Assembly: GCA_036785375.1 (NCBI GenBank)
Contig: JAWMAR010000131.1
Coordinates: forward strand, 4,402,001-4,466,000
Direction of reading: 5' to 3'
DNA length: 64,000 nucleotides
DNA from: Leucoraja ocellata
Taxonomy: Eukaryota
The notes under the pieces are model-generated. The model saw nothing but the letters and a program-made list of their open reading frames with translations, did not search any database and was not told where the DNA came from. Shown piece by piece: positions 62,676-64,000 of this stretch. Within the stretch, counting starts at the first letter, position 1, and the number at the start of each line of letters is the position of its first letter. The position numbers and the translations under genes are program-made.

Positions 62676-63445
62676 TATCTAATCATATCAGAAAGGAGGG
62701 AAAACATCTTGTACTTTAAATTCAAACAGAGAAAATGGATGTGTTTTCAATCTTTTCCCACTGGTTATTCAATGAGGCACATTTTGCAACTAGTGCTGAG
62801 TGTTTATTATTCCGTCTTGCAAACAAATTATTGCAGAGAGTGTATTAAAATAATTGCCTTACAATGAAATCACATCATTTTCATATGTTGCGTTTTGCTT
62901 GAGTAAAATTCAAAGCCTCTGCTGAGATTTTTTAAAATTACTTTGTAGATGGCATTGAAACAGATTTGAGTCTAAAATGCTGGAAACTCTGGTGTTCTGC
63001 TGTGAACACTAACCACCCTGCATCAGCTGCAAACCAACTAACAATTTTTTATTTTTTGGACCACATTAACTTTCTATTTCATTACTAGAATTCGCTGTAC
63101 ATGTACGTTGGGAATGATCAATGTTTTCAAAAGCTGCATAGACCCTGGTGGTAATTTTCAAGGCAATGGGGAAACAGCAGGGGAATGAGTCGAGATACAA
63201 GGAACAAGACAAGACGCACGGAACTGGCGTAACACAGCGGTCGGGCAACATCTCCGGAGGACATGGATGGGTGTGAGACACAAAATGTTGGTGTAACTCA
63301 GCGGGCCAGGCAGCATCTCTGGAGACGAGGCATTGGTGACGTTTTGGGTTGAGACCCTTCTTCATCTCCCCATTCTGATTTGTTTCATACATCTCGATTT
63401 ATTTGATGTAAACCTTCAAGCTCAATAAATATTTAGGGATGAAGA

Positions 63446-63728
63446 TGGCAGTGTGGCGCAGCGGTAAAGTTGCTGCCTTCCAGCGCCAGAGACCAGGGTT
63501 CGATCCTGACTACGGATGCTGTCTGTATGGAGTTTGCACGAGTTCTCCCCGTGACCTGCGTGGGTCTTCTCGGAGATCCTCAGTTTTGTCCCTCACTCGA
63601 CGTACAGGTTAATTGGCTTCGGTAAAAATAGTAAATGATCCCTAATGTGTGTAGGATAGTGCTAGTGTGCGGGGGTCGCTGGTCAGTACGGACTCGGTGG
63701 GCCGAAGGGCCTGTATCTCTAAACTAAA
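63446..63728 (+). mobile_element. tRNA-derived SINE
   Basis: A/B boxes, body and tail. Confidence 0.85.
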
Positions 63729-64000
63729 GAAGCAGCTGCAACGTCTCCTCCTTCCTTGGAGCATAATATCCAAATTGCACCGTATTTTTTACTGTGATGT
63801 TGCAGAATTTGTTGTAAATTGCATTGTCATCGCAAACAATTGCAGTGAGTTTAGCCATTGTGTTTGTGGAATTGCATTTGCGATGTAGACAGCCATTACA
63901 ATTGTTTTTCGCTTAGAGAATCCACAAGCAAGTGCTCCTGAATAGAAATGGTTGGTTTCATATCAATTGTTTCATTAGGCTGACTGCCTCGTTTGCCCGG

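Noticed and set aside
653-63888. ORF-track entries as host protein-coding genes
   Set aside because: The recurrent peptides (GGNRSTRRKPTRSRGERTNSVQTAPVVRIEPGSL, RDAACPAELLQH, WNSLPQKAVEA) are translations of SINE, PLE and CR1 repeats. The remainder are short and show no recognisable domain.

Overview
Eukaryotic, repeat-dense, non-coding DNA, most likely from a cartilaginous fish (skate/ray/shark). That assignment is inferred from recognising an HE1/V-SINE-type tRNA-derived SINE and elasmobranch-type CR1 tails, not from a database search. No intact host CDS is supportable, and nearly all listed ORFs are repeat translations. The window is a mosaic of about 30 SINE copies, CR1 and Rex1/Babar LINE 3' fragments, and Penelope-like (PLE, GIY-YIG) fragments. 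It also holds dozens of short, often palindromic PLE-derived elements carrying a minimal hammerhead-ribozyme motif, and several MITEs (PIF/Harbinger, hAT, possibly Tc1/mariner and Helitron). There is one 147-N gap. A TE-free, CpG/microsatellite-rich block at ~29.1-32.9 kb looks like a promoter plus a non-coding first exon (donor AAG|GTAAGA after 30321) of an unidentified + strand gene, which would make the rest of the window first intron. The best leads are: (1) palindromic PLE mini-elements that appear to move by retrotransposition (10-17 bp TSDs, one-sided truncation), including a variant that has lost half of the ribozyme core; (2) a ~490-nt GC-rich non-autonomous element with a Rex1-type 3' hairpin showing compensatory base changes; (3) a Vingi-like structured mini-element; (4) a local inverted duplication captured inside a PLE. 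Repeat boundaries were read by eye and are approximate (about 10-20 nt) unless a TSD or TIR is quoted. The repeat list is representative, not exhaustive.
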